Assembly: GCA_013140495.1 (NCBI GenBank)
Contig: JABFSR010000080.1
Coordinates: 1,055-65,054 of the forward strand
Origin: Verrucomicrobiota bacterium
Lineage (GTDB): Bacteria; Verrucomicrobiota; Verrucomicrobiia; Limisphaerales; JADLHS01
Length of the DNA stretch: 64,000 nucleotides
Direction of reading: 5' to 3'
Below are positions 32,445 through 42,879 of the stretch, in pieces (position 1 is the stretch's first letter; each line of letters begins with the position of its first letter). The notes beneath the pieces were generated by a model. It had not been told where the DNA came from, did not search any database, and saw nothing but the letters and a program-made list of their open reading frames with translations. The translations under genes and the position numbers were made by a program.

Positions 32445-33869
32445 ATGCCGCAAGAGTTCAAACTCATCCTCAAGCATCTCGATAACCCGGGTTACACGCC
32501 CGACATCGAATGCTATTTGCGGCACGGCGGCTACGACGCGCTCAAGAAAGCGCTCGCCATCCAGCCCAAGGATTTGCCGGACGGCAAGAAAGCCTCGCCG
32601 CAGGAACAGATTCGCGATGACGTGAAACTCTCTGGTTTGCGCGGTCGCGGCGGTGCTGGTTTTTCGTGCGGACTCAAGTGGAGCTTCGTTGACCGTCGTA
32701 GCGGCAAGCCGATTTATCTCATCTGCAACGCCGACGAATCCGAGCCCGGCACGTTCAAGGATCGCCAGATCATCCACAAAGACCCGCATCAGCTCATCGA
32801 GGGCATGATCATCTCGTGCTTCGCGAACGACGTGAAGCTCGCCTACATTTACATTCGTGGCGAAATGCCCAAGGGCGCAAAACTCCTGAACGCGGCGTTG
32901 AAGGAAGCGCGCGCGAAAAATTTCCTCGGCAAAAATATTCTTGGCAGCGGTTACGATCTGGAGATTCACGTTCATCGCGGTGCGGGTGCTTACATCTGCG
33001 GGGAGGAAACCGGCCTCATCGAATCGCTCGAAGGCAAGCGGCCTTATCCGCGCATCAAGCCGCCGTATTTCCCAGCCGTGCTCGGGCTCTACATGTGCCC
33101 GACCATCGTCAACAACGTCGAGACGCTCTGCAACGTGAAGCACATCGTCACGATGGGCGGCGCGGAGTTCGCGAAGCTCGGCACACCGAACAACACCGGC
33201 ACGCGCATCGTGAGCTTGAGCGGCCAGGTGAAACGCCCCGGCTATTACGAAATTGAAGTCGGCAAAGCCACCATCGGTCAACTCATCAACGATCCCGCAT
33301 TCGGCGGCGGTTTGCTGGATGGACGAAAACTTAAAGCCGTCATCCCCGGTGGTTCGTCCTCGAAGGTTTTGAAGGCGGGCGAGAAGTTCAAACTCAAGCG
33401 TAAGGTCGAAGGCAAAGACGTCGAGGTGGAAACCGACATGCTCGATCTGCCGTATGATTTCGATTCGCTCCAGCAAGCCGGCACGATGAGCGGTTCGAGC
33501 GCGATCATCGTGATTGATGACAGCGTGGACATCGTCGGCGCGCTGGCGAATCTCTCCGAGTTTTACGCCCACGAAAGCTGCGGCCAATGCACGCCCTGCC
33601 GCGAAGGTTCGCTCTGGATGAGCAAGACGCTCCATCGCCTCACGCACGGCGAAGGCCGCAAGCAGGATGCGGAATATCTCGTGAAGATCGCCGACAACAT
33701 TCCCGGCGGTAAGACGATTTGCGCGTTCGGTGAAGCCTGCTCGTGGCCCGTGCAAAGTTTCGTCGCGAAGTTCAAAGATGAATTCGTCGCCAAAGGCGCA
33801 GCGGATGAAGAACGTCGCGCGAAGGAAGCCACGACTGGCAAAAAAGAATTGGCCGCTGCACCACACTGA
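32445..33869 (+). CDS. nuoF: NADH-quinone oxidoreductase subunit F
   Basis: GRGGAGF, NADESEPG, YICGEET, ESCGQCTPCREG. Confidence 0.97.
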   Translation: MPQEFKLILKHLDNPGYTPDIECYLRHGGYDALKKALAIQPKDLPDGKKASPQEQIRDDVKLSGLRGRGGAGFSCGLKWSFVDRRSGKPIYLICNADESEPGTFKDRQIIHKDPHQLIEGMIISCFANDVKLAYIYIRGEMPKGAKLLNAALKEARAKNFLGKNILGSGYDLEIHVHRGAGAYICGEETGLIESLEGKRPYPRIKPPYFPAVLGLYMCPTIVNNVETLCNVKHIVTMGGAEFAKLGTPNNTGTRIVSLSGQVKRPGYYEIEVGKATIGQLINDPAFGGGLLDGRKLKAVIPGGSSSKVLKAGEKFKLKRKVEGKDVEVETDMLDLPYDFDSLQQAGTMSGSSAIIVIDDSVDIVGALANLSEFYAHESCGQCTPCREGSLWMSKTLHRLTHGEGRKQDAEYLVKIADNIPGGKTICAFGEACSWPVQSFVAKFKDEFVAKGAADEERRAKEATTGKKELAAAPH

Positions 33870-33874
33870 TTTCG

Positions 33875-35560
33875 ATGTCCGCCGCACCTACAACTGAAGT
33901 TAAGCCCGCGCCGCCTGCGATCGAAAAGATCAAGGTCAAGGTGGACGGGCGCGAAGTCGAAGTGCCAAAGCTCACGCCGGATTGGCAGGGCAAGTTCGCG
34001 CCCACCACGATGCTGCAGGCGTGCGACATCGCGAAGAAGGACGTCCCGCATTATTGCTATCATCCGAAGCTGCCAGTCGCTGGTAATTGCCGCATGTGCC
34101 TCGTCGAGTTCGGCACGCCCGCACTCGGCCCGGATCGCAAGCCGGTGATGAATCCCGACGGCACGCCGAAGATCGCGAAATCGCCGCGTCCCGCCATCGG
34201 TTGCGCGACGCCGATTTCGCCGGGCATGGAAATTTACACGAGCACACCCGGCGTGAAGCAGATGCGCGAAGGCGTGCTCGAATCACTGCTCATCAATCAC
34301 CCGCTCGATTGTCCGATCTGCGACCAGGCCGGCGAATGCAAGCTCCAGGAATATTCCGTGGACTACGGCCAGAGCGCGAGTCGGTTCGTCGAGGCGAAGG
34401 TTCATAAGCCAAAGGCCGTTGATCTCGGACCGCGCATCATGCTGGACGCCGAGCGTTGCATTCTTTGCACGCGCTGCATCCGGTTCACCAAGGATGTCGC
34501 CGGCGACGACGCGCTCGGCATCGTGAATCGCGGCAGTTACAACACGATTGCCACGTTCCCCGGCCTCCCGTTCGACAACAACTACACGCTCAATACCGTG
34601 GACATCTGTCCCGTCGGTGCGTTGACGTCGAAGGATTTTCGTTTTCAGATGCGCGTGTGGTTTCTTAAGGAAACCAAGAGCGTCTGCACGAGTTGCGCGA
34701 CGGGCTGCAACGTCCTCATCAGCTCGCGCGAGGAAAAGATTTACCGCTACACGCCCCGCGACAACGACGCCGTCAACGGCCCATGGATGTGCGACGCCGG
34801 TCGCTTGAACTTCAAGTGGATTCATCGCGCGGACCGACTCAAGGATGTTTTGGTGCGCGGACAAAAATCCTCTTGGACCGCAGCGCTCTCGGAGATTGCT
34901 GACAAACTCAAGCAAGCTCCGGCAGGTTCGGTCGCCATTGTCGCCTCAGCTCGCCAGACAAACGAAGAGCTTTGGTTGATCAGCAAGCTCAAGACGAAGC
35001 TTGGCGCGCTTAGCGATTCCGTCGAACGCACTGGCGATGCCGACAAACTCCTCGTTAGTGCGGACAAGAATCCAAACACGAACGGCGCGCGGCTCACCGG
35101 CATTTGCTTCAGCGAGATGGGAATCAATTTGCCCAAGATCGCCGCCGGCATTGCGAAGGGCGCGATCAAGACTCTCATCGTCTTCGGGGAGGACGTCACG
35201 AAGCACGGCATCAGCACGGAATTGCTCGGCAAGCTGGACACGCTCATCGTCAGCGACATTTTGCCAAACGCCACGACCTCGGCGGCGCACTACGTTTTGC
35301 CCGGCTGCGCGCACGCGGAGAAGCGCGGTTCGTTTACGAACACGAAAGGCCGCGTGCAAAAGTTCCTGCAAGCCGTCCAGCCGCAGGGCGAGGCCCGCGC
35401 CGAATGGGATTTCCTGCACGACCTGGTTTACAACGTCACCGGCAAGAACGGTTTCCTGACCATCGAAGGATTGTTCAACGAGATGGCAAAGGATGTTCCC
35501 GCGTTCAACGGCCTCACGTGGGCTGGCCTTGGGGATACGGGCGTGACGGTGAAGATTTGA
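33875..35560 (+). CDS. nuoG: NADH-quinone oxidoreductase subunit G (short form)
   Basis: CYH..GNCRMC, HPLDCPICDQAGEC, CILCTRC, CTSCATGC. Confidence 0.93.
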   Translation: MSAAPTTEVKPAPPAIEKIKVKVDGREVEVPKLTPDWQGKFAPTTMLQACDIAKKDVPHYCYHPKLPVAGNCRMCLVEFGTPALGPDRKPVMNPDGTPKIAKSPRPAIGCATPISPGMEIYTSTPGVKQMREGVLESLLINHPLDCPICDQAGECKLQEYSVDYGQSASRFVEAKVHKPKAVDLGPRIMLDAERCILCTRCIRFTKDVAGDDALGIVNRGSYNTIATFPGLPFDNNYTLNTVDICPVGALTSKDFRFQMRVWFLKETKSVCTSCATGCNVLISSREEKIYRYTPRDNDAVNGPWMCDAGRLNFKWIHRADRLKDVLVRGQKSSWTAALSEIADKLKQAPAGSVAIVASARQTNEELWLISKLKTKLGALSDSVERTGDADKLLVSADKNPNTNGARLTGICFSEMGINLPKIAAGIAKGAIKTLIVFGEDVTKHGISTELLGKLDTLIVSDILPNATTSAAHYVLPGCAHAEKRGSFTNTKGRVQKFLQAVQPQGEARAEWDFLHDLVYNVTGKNGFLTIEGLFNEMAKDVPAFNGLTWAGLGDTGVTVKI

Positions 35561-35567
35561 TTTATTG

Positions 35568-35628
35568 GTAGCAGCCGACGTGAGTCGGCTCTGACTTGAA
35601 GAATGAGCGGACCGACGTCCGCTGCTAC
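35568..35628. repeat. REPIN-like inverted GTAG-REP doublet
   Basis: GTAGC-AGCCGAC-GTGA-GTCGGCT ... AGCGGAC-CGAC-GTCCGCT-GCTAC; flanked by direct repeat AAGATTTGA. Confidence 0.8.
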
Positions 35629-35645
35629 GAGATTAAAGATTTGAA

Positions 35646-36734
35646 ATGATCGAAAGCGTCAATAACTGGCTCGAAGGTTTGAGCCCTACGCAAAGCCTGC
35701 TGCTCTTCACGAGCATCAAGGCGGTCGCGTGCTTCGCCATCATGATGACCATGGTGGCTTACACGGTCGTGCTCGAACGTCGGCTGTGCGCGTGGATTCA
35801 AGACCGCATCGGACCGAACCGCGTCGGACCATTCGGTTTGTTGCAACCAGCTGCGGACGGCATCAAAGCCTTCTTCAAGGAAGAAATGACGCCCGCGCAT
35901 GTGCGCAAAGTTTTGTTCACACTGGCGCCGATGATCGCGCTCATCCCGGCGATTTTGAACCTTGCGGTCATTCCGTTCGGCTCAAATCTCGGCGGGCAGA
36001 AGATGGTGCTCGCCGATCTCAACGTCGGCATCCTCTACACGTTCGGCATCGTGTCGCTGGGCGTTTACAGCATCGTCCTGGCGGGCTACGCGAGTAATTC
36101 CAAGTTTCCCTTCCTCGGCGGCATCCGTTCGACCGCGCAGATGATTTCCTACGAAATCGCGATGGGCATGAGCGTCATCCCGATCTTCCTCTACGTCGGC
36201 AGCCTGAACCTGAGCGATGTCATCACCGCGCAGACCGGCACGCAACTCGGCTTCCTGCCGAATTGGTTCGTGTTCCAAACGCCGATGACGTTCCTCGCGT
36301 TCTGTATCTTCCTCGTCGCGTCGTTCGCGGAAACGAATCGCACACCGTTCGATTTGCCGGAAGCCGAGCAGGAACTCGCGGGCGGTTACAACATCGAATA
36401 CAGCTCCATCAAGTTCGCGATGTTCTTCATGGGCGAATACGCGGCCATGATTCTGGTGTCGGCCATCATGGTGACGCTGTTCTTCGGCGGTTGGACGTTG
36501 CCGTGGTTCGGCCTGGATCAAGCGGCGACCACGCTGCTCGGCGGCTTGCTGCACATTGGCATTTTCCTCGGGAAGGTTTTCCTATTCCTCGTGTTGTTCG
36601 TGTGGATTCGCTGGATGTGGCCTCGTTTCCGTTACGATCAACTCATGGACTTGGGCTGGCGGCGGTTCATTCCCGTCGCGCTGGCAAACATTTTGATCAC
36701 CGCCATCTGGCTCTGGTGGCAAAGCGGCAAATAA
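35646..36734 (+). CDS. nuoH: NADH-quinone oxidoreductase subunit H
   Basis: QDRIGPNRVG, ETNRTPFDLPEAE, PRFRYDQLM. Confidence 0.97.
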   Translation: MIESVNNWLEGLSPTQSLLLFTSIKAVACFAIMMTMVAYTVVLERRLCAWIQDRIGPNRVGPFGLLQPAADGIKAFFKEEMTPAHVRKVLFTLAPMIALIPAILNLAVIPFGSNLGGQKMVLADLNVGILYTFGIVSLGVYSIVLAGYASNSKFPFLGGIRSTAQMISYEIAMGMSVIPIFLYVGSLNLSDVITAQTGTQLGFLPNWFVFQTPMTFLAFCIFLVASFAETNRTPFDLPEAEQELAGGYNIEYSSIKFAMFFMGEYAAMILVSAIMVTLFFGGWTLPWFGLDQAATTLLGGLLHIGIFLGKVFLFLVLFVWIRWMWPRFRYDQLMDLGWRRFIPVALANILITAIWLWWQSGK

Positions 36735-36735
36735 C

Positions 36736-37278
36736 ATGATCGTCAAACGCAAACCATTGAATCTGTTCGAGCGGCTTTACCTGCCGGCCATCATCGGCGG
36801 GTTCAAAGTCACGCTGCGCCACCTCTTCAAGAAGAAGGTGACGATGCAGTATCCCGAAGAGAAATGGGTCGTACCCGAGGGTTATCGTGGCGCGCCGTAT
36901 CTCGTGAAGGATCAGGAAGGTAGCACCAAATGCGTCAGTTGTCAGCTTTGCGAATTCGTCTGTCCACCAAAAGCCATCAAGATCACACCGCCCGGTCCGG
37001 CGGGACAACTCGCGGATCGTGCGAACGCGGAGAAGATGCCAAAGGAATTCGAGATCAACATGCTTCGCTGCATCTTCTGCGGCTTTTGCCAGGAAGTCTG
37101 CCCCGAGGAAGCGATCTTCCTGCAAAAGGATTACTCGCTCACCGGCACGAGCCGCGCGGAAATGGTTTACAACAAGGAAAAACTCCTTGCGCTCGGCGGC
37201 ACGCACGCTGGCGTCCAGAAATGGAAGCACAAAGCGGAAGAGGCGAAGGCGCAGGAAAATTTCCCGGTGAAGGTGTGA
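36736..37278 (+). CDS. nuoI: NADH-quinone oxidoreductase subunit I
   Basis: Two CxxCxxCxxxCP motifs. Confidence 0.96.
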   Translation: MIVKRKPLNLFERLYLPAIIGGFKVTLRHLFKKKVTMQYPEEKWVVPEGYRGAPYLVKDQEGSTKCVSCQLCEFVCPPKAIKITPPGPAGQLADRANAEKMPKEFEINMLRCIFCGFCQEVCPEEAIFLQKDYSLTGTSRAEMVYNKEKLLALGGTHAGVQKWKHKAEEAKAQENFPVKV

Positions 37279-37283
37279 TGATG

Positions 37284-37411
37284 AAGCTCCAAGCACCAAC
37301 ATCCAACATCCAGAGAAGCACTAAACCTCAAGCTCCAATCGGAGTTCGCGGCGGCTTTGATGTTTGGTCATTGGATGTTCTCTGGAGCTTGGAGCTTGGA
37401 GCTTGGAATTT
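37284..37411. repeat. gene-less palindrome of heptamer units
   Basis: Left arm AAGCTCC AAGCACC AACATCC AACATCC AGAGAA...; right arm ...TTCTCT GGAGCTT GGAGCTT GGAGCTT GGAATTT. Confidence 0.85.
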
Positions 37412-37417
37412 TTAGAG

Positions 37418-37924
37418 ATGGCAACCGATATTCTATTTTACGTCTTGGCGGCGCTGACGCTGATCTTCGGCGCGCTCGTCGTCGCGAATCCTTTCAGCCG
37501 TAACCCGGTCACGAGCGCGATGTTCCTCGTGCTGACAATCATCTCGATGGCGGGGTTGTTTGTGTTGCTGCATGCGTTCTTCCTCGCGGCGGTGCAGGTG
37601 CTGGTTTACGCGGGCGCGGTCATGGTGCTGTTTTTATTCGTCATCATGCTGCTCGACTTGAAGGAAGAAGAACGGCGCAAGATCAAGCTGATGGGGTTGG
37701 TGGCGGGTTTGATTTCCGTCGGCGCAATCGTCGCCATCTTCGTCCGCTCGCTACTGGCGACAAATCCCGGCAAAGACTTGGCTGAGCCCAAAGCCGTCGG
37801 CGACACCGCCACGCTCGGCAAGATGCTCTTCACGAATTACCTGTTGCCGTTTGAAATCGTTTCCATCCTGCTCCTCGTGGCGATGGTGGGAGTGATTTTA
37901 TTGAGCAAGAAAGACCTGAAGTAG
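37418..37924 (+). CDS. nuoJ: NADH-quinone oxidoreductase subunit J
   Basis: QVLVYAGAVMVLFLFVIMLL, PFEIVS. Confidence 0.95.
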   Translation: MATDILFYVLAALTLIFGALVVANPFSRNPVTSAMFLVLTIISMAGLFVLLHAFFLAAVQVLVYAGAVMVLFLFVIMLLDLKEEERRKIKLMGLVAGLISVGAIVAIFVRSLLATNPGKDLAEPKAVGDTATLGKMLFTNYLLPFEIVSILLLVAMVGVILLSKKDLK

Positions 37925-38427
37925 CCGCAAAAGAACGCAAAGAACACATAGAAAGGAGAATCAAAAATGCAAACCAAGACCATCAACGACTTGTGCGACA
38001 TCGTAAGGCAGACGGCTTATGACATTCACGTTTATCACGCGAATGGACACTTGGAGAAAGTCTATGAGAATGCCTTGGCGAATCGGCTTCGAAAAGCTGG
38101 ATTCGACGTGAAGCAACAGCATCCACTCAAGGTGCAAGACGAAGATGGAACGATCATTGGCGAATACTTCGCTGATCTGTTGATTGATGGTCGCCTTATT
38201 GTTGAGTTGAAAGCCGCCAAGTCAGTCGCCGATGAACACGTCGCGCAAACGCTCGGCTATTTGAAAGCGTCTCGGATTGAGCACGGCTTGCTCATCAATT
38301 TCGGCTCGTATCGGTTTGAGATTCGCAAGTTTGTATTGAGCCAAGGCAAGGCGAGTGAGGAAGGATTGGGCCGTTTGGCTTGCCTCATGCCTTTTCTCTT
38401 TGCGATCTATGCGTTCTTTCGCGGCTA
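37922..38427. mobile_element. putative element: GxxExxY gene between inverted repeats of 9-bp units
   Basis: 37922-37948 matches the reverse complement of 38401-38427 at 23 of 27 positions. Confidence 0.65.
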
Positions 38428-38428
38428 A
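37967..38428 (+). CDS. GxxExxY protein (PD-(D/E)XK nuclease fold)
   Basis: GHLEKVY, ADLLID...VELKA, LLINFG; SD AAAGGAG. Confidence 0.9.
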   Translation: MQTKTINDLCDIVRQTAYDIHVYHANGHLEKVYENALANRLRKAGFDVKQQHPLKVQDEDGTIIGEYFADLLIDGRLIVELKAAKSVADEHVAQTLGYLKASRIEHGLLINFGSYRFEIRKFVLSQGKASEEGLGRLACLMPFLFAIYAFFRG

Positions 38429-38434
38429 AAAGTA

Positions 38435-38740
38435 ATGAATGTAGGACTCGAACATTATCTGATCGTCAGCGCGTTGTTATTCGCGCTCGGTTTGCTGGGC
38501 GTTATCACGCGGCGCAACCTCATCGTGATCTACATGTCGCTGGAGTTGATGCTCAACTCGGCGAACCTCGCGCTCGTTTCCTTTTCGCGGTTCAACGACA
38601 ATCTCAACGGCCAGGTGATGGTGTTTTTCATCATCACCGTGGCGGCGGCGGAAGTCGCCGTCGGCCTCGCGCTCATCGTGGCGCTCTATCGCAAGCGCCA
38701 GTCCGCGCATGTGGAGGACCTGACCTCGATGAAATACTGA
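38435..38740 (+). CDS. nuoK: NADH-quinone oxidoreductase subunit K
   Basis: SLELMLNSANL, VAAAEVAVGLA. Confidence 0.96.
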   Translation: MNVGLEHYLIVSALLFALGLLGVITRRNLIVIYMSLELMLNSANLALVSFSRFNDNLNGQVMVFFIITVAAAEVAVGLALIVALYRKRQSAHVEDLTSMKY

Positions 38741-38743
38741 CGG

Positions 38744-40609
<1,866 letters not shown>

Positions 40610-40620
40610 CATGAGAATTC

Positions 40621-41260
40621 AACGCAAAGGCGCAAAGACGCAAAGACGCAAAGAGGGAAGGATTTTCCTTCCCGTTGCGTGTTGGCGTGTTGGCGTGCTG
40701 GCGTTTAAGAAAGGTGGTCTGGCATGACCGAAAACGAGATTGCCAAGATTATCGTGGACGCCGCGATTGAAGTGCATCGCGAACTCGGTGGGCCGGGCTT
40801 GCTTGAGGATGTTTATGAAGAAGCCTTGGCGGAAGAATTGCGACTACGCGGCTTGAAAGTGGAGCGCCAGCTTCCAGTGCGGATTACCTATAAAGGTCGC
40901 GTGTTGAGCAAACCACTCCGTCTGGACATGAAGGTCGAGGGCTTGGTCTTGGTGGACAACAAAGCTGTGACCGAGTGGAATCCGATTTTTGAGGCACAGA
41001 TGCAAACTTACTTGCGTCTCACCGGTCTCAAGTTGGGTTTGGTAATCAATTTCGGCGAAAGACTCGTGAAGCACGGGATTCATCGGGTAGTGAATGGTCT
41101 GCCGGAAGACTTGGATTTTAAGCCGCAGCCGAAGCGCAAAGACAAGACGGACAACAATTGAAATTCGTGGCAATGAATAAACGCAATGACACAAAGGCGC
41201 AAAGAGGCGGAGAAAGGAAATGTTTTCCTTTGCGTCTTTGCGTCTTTGCGCCTTTGCGTT
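40621..41260. mobile_element. putative element: GxxExxY gene between two hairpins of 8-bp units, with a perfect 33-bp terminal inverted repeat
   Basis: 40621-40653 AACGCAAAGGCGCAAAGACGCAAAGACGCAAAG is the exact reverse complement of 41228-41260. Confidence 0.7.
40724..41161 (+). CDS. GxxExxY protein (PD-(D/E)XK nuclease fold)
   Basis: GPGLLEDVY, RLDMKV...VDNKA, GLVINFG. Confidence 0.9.
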   Translation: MTENEIAKIIVDAAIEVHRELGGPGLLEDVYEEALAEELRLRGLKVERQLPVRITYKGRVLSKPLRLDMKVEGLVLVDNKAVTEWNPIFEAQMQTYLRLTGLKLGLVINFGERLVKHGIHRVVNGLPEDLDFKPQPKRKDKTDNN

Positions 41261-41267
41261 AAAAAAG

Positions 41268-42815
41268 ATGACGACCCTGACCTACATTTTCCTGTTGCCA
41301 TTGCTCGCCGCAATCGCGCTGGCGTTTGTGCCGCGTAACTTTGCCGTCATCATGCGCGCCGTGGCGGTGGGCGTGACTTTCGTCACCATGCTGCTCGGCA
41401 TCCTGATGTTCTGGCAGTTCAACGGCGCAACGGCCGACGCTAATGGCTACAAGTTCGTCAGCACAATTCCGTGGCTGGGCGCGGAATCGCTCGGCATCGC
41501 CTGCAAGTTCGGCGTGGATGGCCTGAACGTCGGGCTGGTCTTGATGGGCGCAATTGTCGCGTTTGCGGCGGCGTGCTGCTCGTTCGAGATCAAGACGCGC
41601 GAGAAGGAGTTTTATATCCTGCTGCTCGTAATGACCGGCGGTATTCTCGGCGCGTTCATGTCCACGGACCTGTTCTTCTTCTACTTCTTCCATGAACTCG
41701 CGCTCGTACCGACGTTCATCATGATCGGCGTGTGGGGTCGCGGCGAGCGGAAGAACTTTGCGACGTTCCAGATCACGATCTACCTGAGCATCGGCGCATT
41801 GCTGGCGCTCATCGGCCTCATCGCGCTTTATCTGCAACTGCCCACCGATGTCCGCACGTTCGACATCCCAACGCTGACGAAGTATTTCGCCGAACACACG
41901 ATGGCCGCGAGCGCGCAGAACTTCATCTTCCCGCTGCTGCTGTTCGGATTCGGAATTCTCGTGTCGCTCTGGCCGTTCCATTCGTGGGCGGCATTGGGCT
42001 ACGGTTCTGCGCCGAGCGCGACGGCGATGTTGCACGCGGGCGTGCTGAAGAAGTTCGGGCTTTACGGTCTGATCCGCGTGGCGCTGCCGTTCATGCCGCA
42101 GGCGGCGCAAAGTTGGATGCAAATCCTCGCGTGGCTCTGCCTCGGCAACGTGCTTTACGTCGGCTGGGTGGCAATGCGGCAGAAGAATCTCAATCTGCTC
42201 ATCGGCAACTCCAGCGTGGCGCACATGGGCATGATCTTCCTTGGCATCGCGAGCTTGAACCTCATCGGCGTGACCGGCGCGGTGGTCATCATGATCGCGC
42301 ACGGCTTCCTCGCGGCGCTGACGTTTGGCTTGAGCGGCTACATCTACAATCAGACCGGCACGCTGGAAATGAGCGAACTTGGCGGGCTTGCGAAGAAGCT
42401 GCGGTTCATCGGCGTGGCGTTCGTGATGGCCGCGATGGCGGGCTGCGGCCTGCCGGGCTTCCTGAATTTCGTCGGCGAGGTCACCGTGTTTTTTGGGGCG
42501 TGGCAAGTACCTGCTTTGCGTTTGGTGACGGTGCTGGCGGTCTGGGGGGCGTTGATCATCGGGGCGGTTTACATGCTGCGCGCAGTGCGGGCAGTGATGC
42601 ATGGGCCGGCGCAGGAGGATAAGACTTATGCGACGAATGTGACGGATGCGAATCTGTGGCGAAAGCTGCCTTACGCGATCTTGATCGCGAGCTTGCTGGT
42701 GTTTGGGTTTTTCCCGCGCTTCTTGACCGACAAGATCAAGCCGGTGACGGAACAGATTGTGAATATGGCGACGACCGGAGTTGCGAAAACCATCGTGGCG
42801 CAATCGAAGCCGTGA
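41268..42815 (+). CDS. nuoM: NADH-quinone oxidoreductase subunit M
   Basis: FHELALVP, PFHSW, LKKFGLYG, SSVAHMG, GLPG. Confidence 0.95.
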   Translation: MTTLTYIFLLPLLAAIALAFVPRNFAVIMRAVAVGVTFVTMLLGILMFWQFNGATADANGYKFVSTIPWLGAESLGIACKFGVDGLNVGLVLMGAIVAFAAACCSFEIKTREKEFYILLLVMTGGILGAFMSTDLFFFYFFHELALVPTFIMIGVWGRGERKNFATFQITIYLSIGALLALIGLIALYLQLPTDVRTFDIPTLTKYFAEHTMAASAQNFIFPLLLFGFGILVSLWPFHSWAALGYGSAPSATAMLHAGVLKKFGLYGLIRVALPFMPQAAQSWMQILAWLCLGNVLYVGWVAMRQKNLNLLIGNSSVAHMGMIFLGIASLNLIGVTGAVVIMIAHGFLAALTFGLSGYIYNQTGTLEMSELGGLAKKLRFIGVAFVMAAMAGCGLPGFLNFVGEVTVFFGAWQVPALRLVTVLAVWGALIIGAVYMLRAVRAVMHGPAQEDKTYATNVTDANLWRKLPYAILIASLLVFGFFPRFLTDKIKPVTEQIVNMATTGVAKTIVAQSKP

Positions 42816-42879
42816 ACCGGGCAGCTTTGATGTTGTGACTGCTCTTGCTGTCGTCCCGGCCTTCCTGAACTCGCGATCC

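Noticed and set aside
31917-33887. 656-aa minus-strand ORF, and similar long antisense ORFs over eno, parC, nuoM and the aminotransferase
   Set aside because: Shadow frames of strongly biased GC-rich genes; no motifs; this one also runs through the tRNA.
33875-35560. nuoG as a truncated pseudogene
   Set aside because: All Fe-S motifs and the C-terminal motifs (AEKRGSFTN) are present in one frame.
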